From Monocercomonoides exilis PA203 (taxonomy: Eukaryota > Protista > Preaxostyla), in contig LSRY02000022.1 in NCBI GenBank assembly GCA_001643675.2, positions 434,001 through 498,000 on the forward strand: a DNA stretch of 64,000 bases, given 5' to 3'. Below the pieces are notes generated by a model that worked only from the letters and a program-made list of their open reading frames with translations, had not been told where the DNA came from and made no database searches. The position numbers were made by a program, and so were the translations under genes. Positions within the stretch are counted from its first letter, which is position 1. Each line of letters begins with the position of its first letter. This document shows, piece by piece, positions 62,884-64,000 of this stretch.

Positions 62884-64000
62884 TTTGTGAGAAATAAACA
62901 ATCGAAAAAAGTTGAAAAACATATCAAACCTTTTTAATCTATTCATATCATATATTAATTATTCAAGAAATTACAATTCAATTTGATTGTCAAGCATTTT
63001 GTTAATGGCGTTTTTTCCAACAAGTTTTCACAATTCTTGATAAAGAATCAGGATGACTCTATTTTCATTAAAAAACAAGCATAAGCATTTTTAATGAAAA
63101 GAAACAATAATTTTCAGAAAAAAGAAAAAATTAAAAACATTTTTGAAAAAAGATAAACAAAAGAAAAAAACAATTTATTTCATTTTCAAATTTAAAAATG
63201 AATCGCATAATAGAAAAGGCACCAAAGTTTCAGACAAAGAAATTAAGTGATCAACAAACCTGCGAAAATAAAAATAAACTTTTTTCATTTTAAAACTTGT
63301 AGGAATAAATTTACTATCAATGGTCGTTCCATTGTCTATGAAAAGAACAAAATATTGTTTTATTGATATCAAAATAAAAATAAAACACAAAGAACAAACC
63401 ACATAAAGGTAATTCTTTAAATAATGCGAACTTGTGAACAGTTTTTAACAATACTTACCGACGAAAAAAAGTTAGAAACTGCATTTCCTGAATTCATAAA
63501 AAGTCTTTCATGGAAATTGGAACACATTGCGTTTTCAAATCATTTGAAATCGAAAATTTTGATTGAAATTGAACAAAATGTAGAATTGAACATCCTCCGT
63601 GAAAATCTTTCTAATAATATATCTAGTGGACAAACCTCTTAATAATTATTGAATTGTTTAACTATTTCTTCAAAGTTGAATAATTTGTGAAACATTGTTG
63701 GATTGAAAAAATTTTATAATGGGTTTGGAACCCATTATTTTGATAGAAAACAATGTGATGATCGTTATTATGATAAATCTGCAAATTCGTTTCCATTTGA
63801 AGAAATAATACAATAATGGTGTTCTTTTGAATCTCATTTATTTCATCTACTGACTTTTTTCATTTTTTTTTCATTTTAATAAGAAAATCAGATAAATGTT
63901 AATATTTTCCGATTTTTTCATGTTATAGAAGTTATTTTCAATGTTTTGCTGTAAGAATGTGTTTATGTTTTTAGTTAATTCTTTGTCACTTTATTATTTG

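Noticed and set aside
63716-63738. 10-bp palindrome ATAATGGGTT-TGG-AACCCATTAT
   Set aside because: Too short and AT-rich to support a call.

Overview
AT-rich eukaryotic DNA with short spliceosomal introns, standard genetic code and TTAGGG motifs. The gene families and low-complexity inserts suggest a metamonad protist such as the oxymonad Monocercomonoides (inference). There are five apparently intact genes: an unknown gene truncated by the left edge, CDP-DAG synthase, a 30-aa Trp/Met-rich repeat protein, a DPE2-type 4-alpha-glucanotransferase with altered catalytic motifs, and a divergent importin-alpha. The rest is decayed copies of multigene families (mainly Pmp-like beta-helix genes) and nested DNA transposons whose ends I delimited by eye from TIRs and TSDs. 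These include three members of one hAT family (8-bp TSD), three GG-terminated 8-bp-TSD elements (one with 310-bp TIRs and captured gene fragments), two pogo/DD35D transposases, a 1-kb foldback element and several MITEs. The most unusual signal is a cassette of TTAGGG repeats, a conserved AT-rich spacer, a tRNA-like box A/box B unit and a T-run. It occurs twice, diverged, each time inside a different class of DNA transposon.
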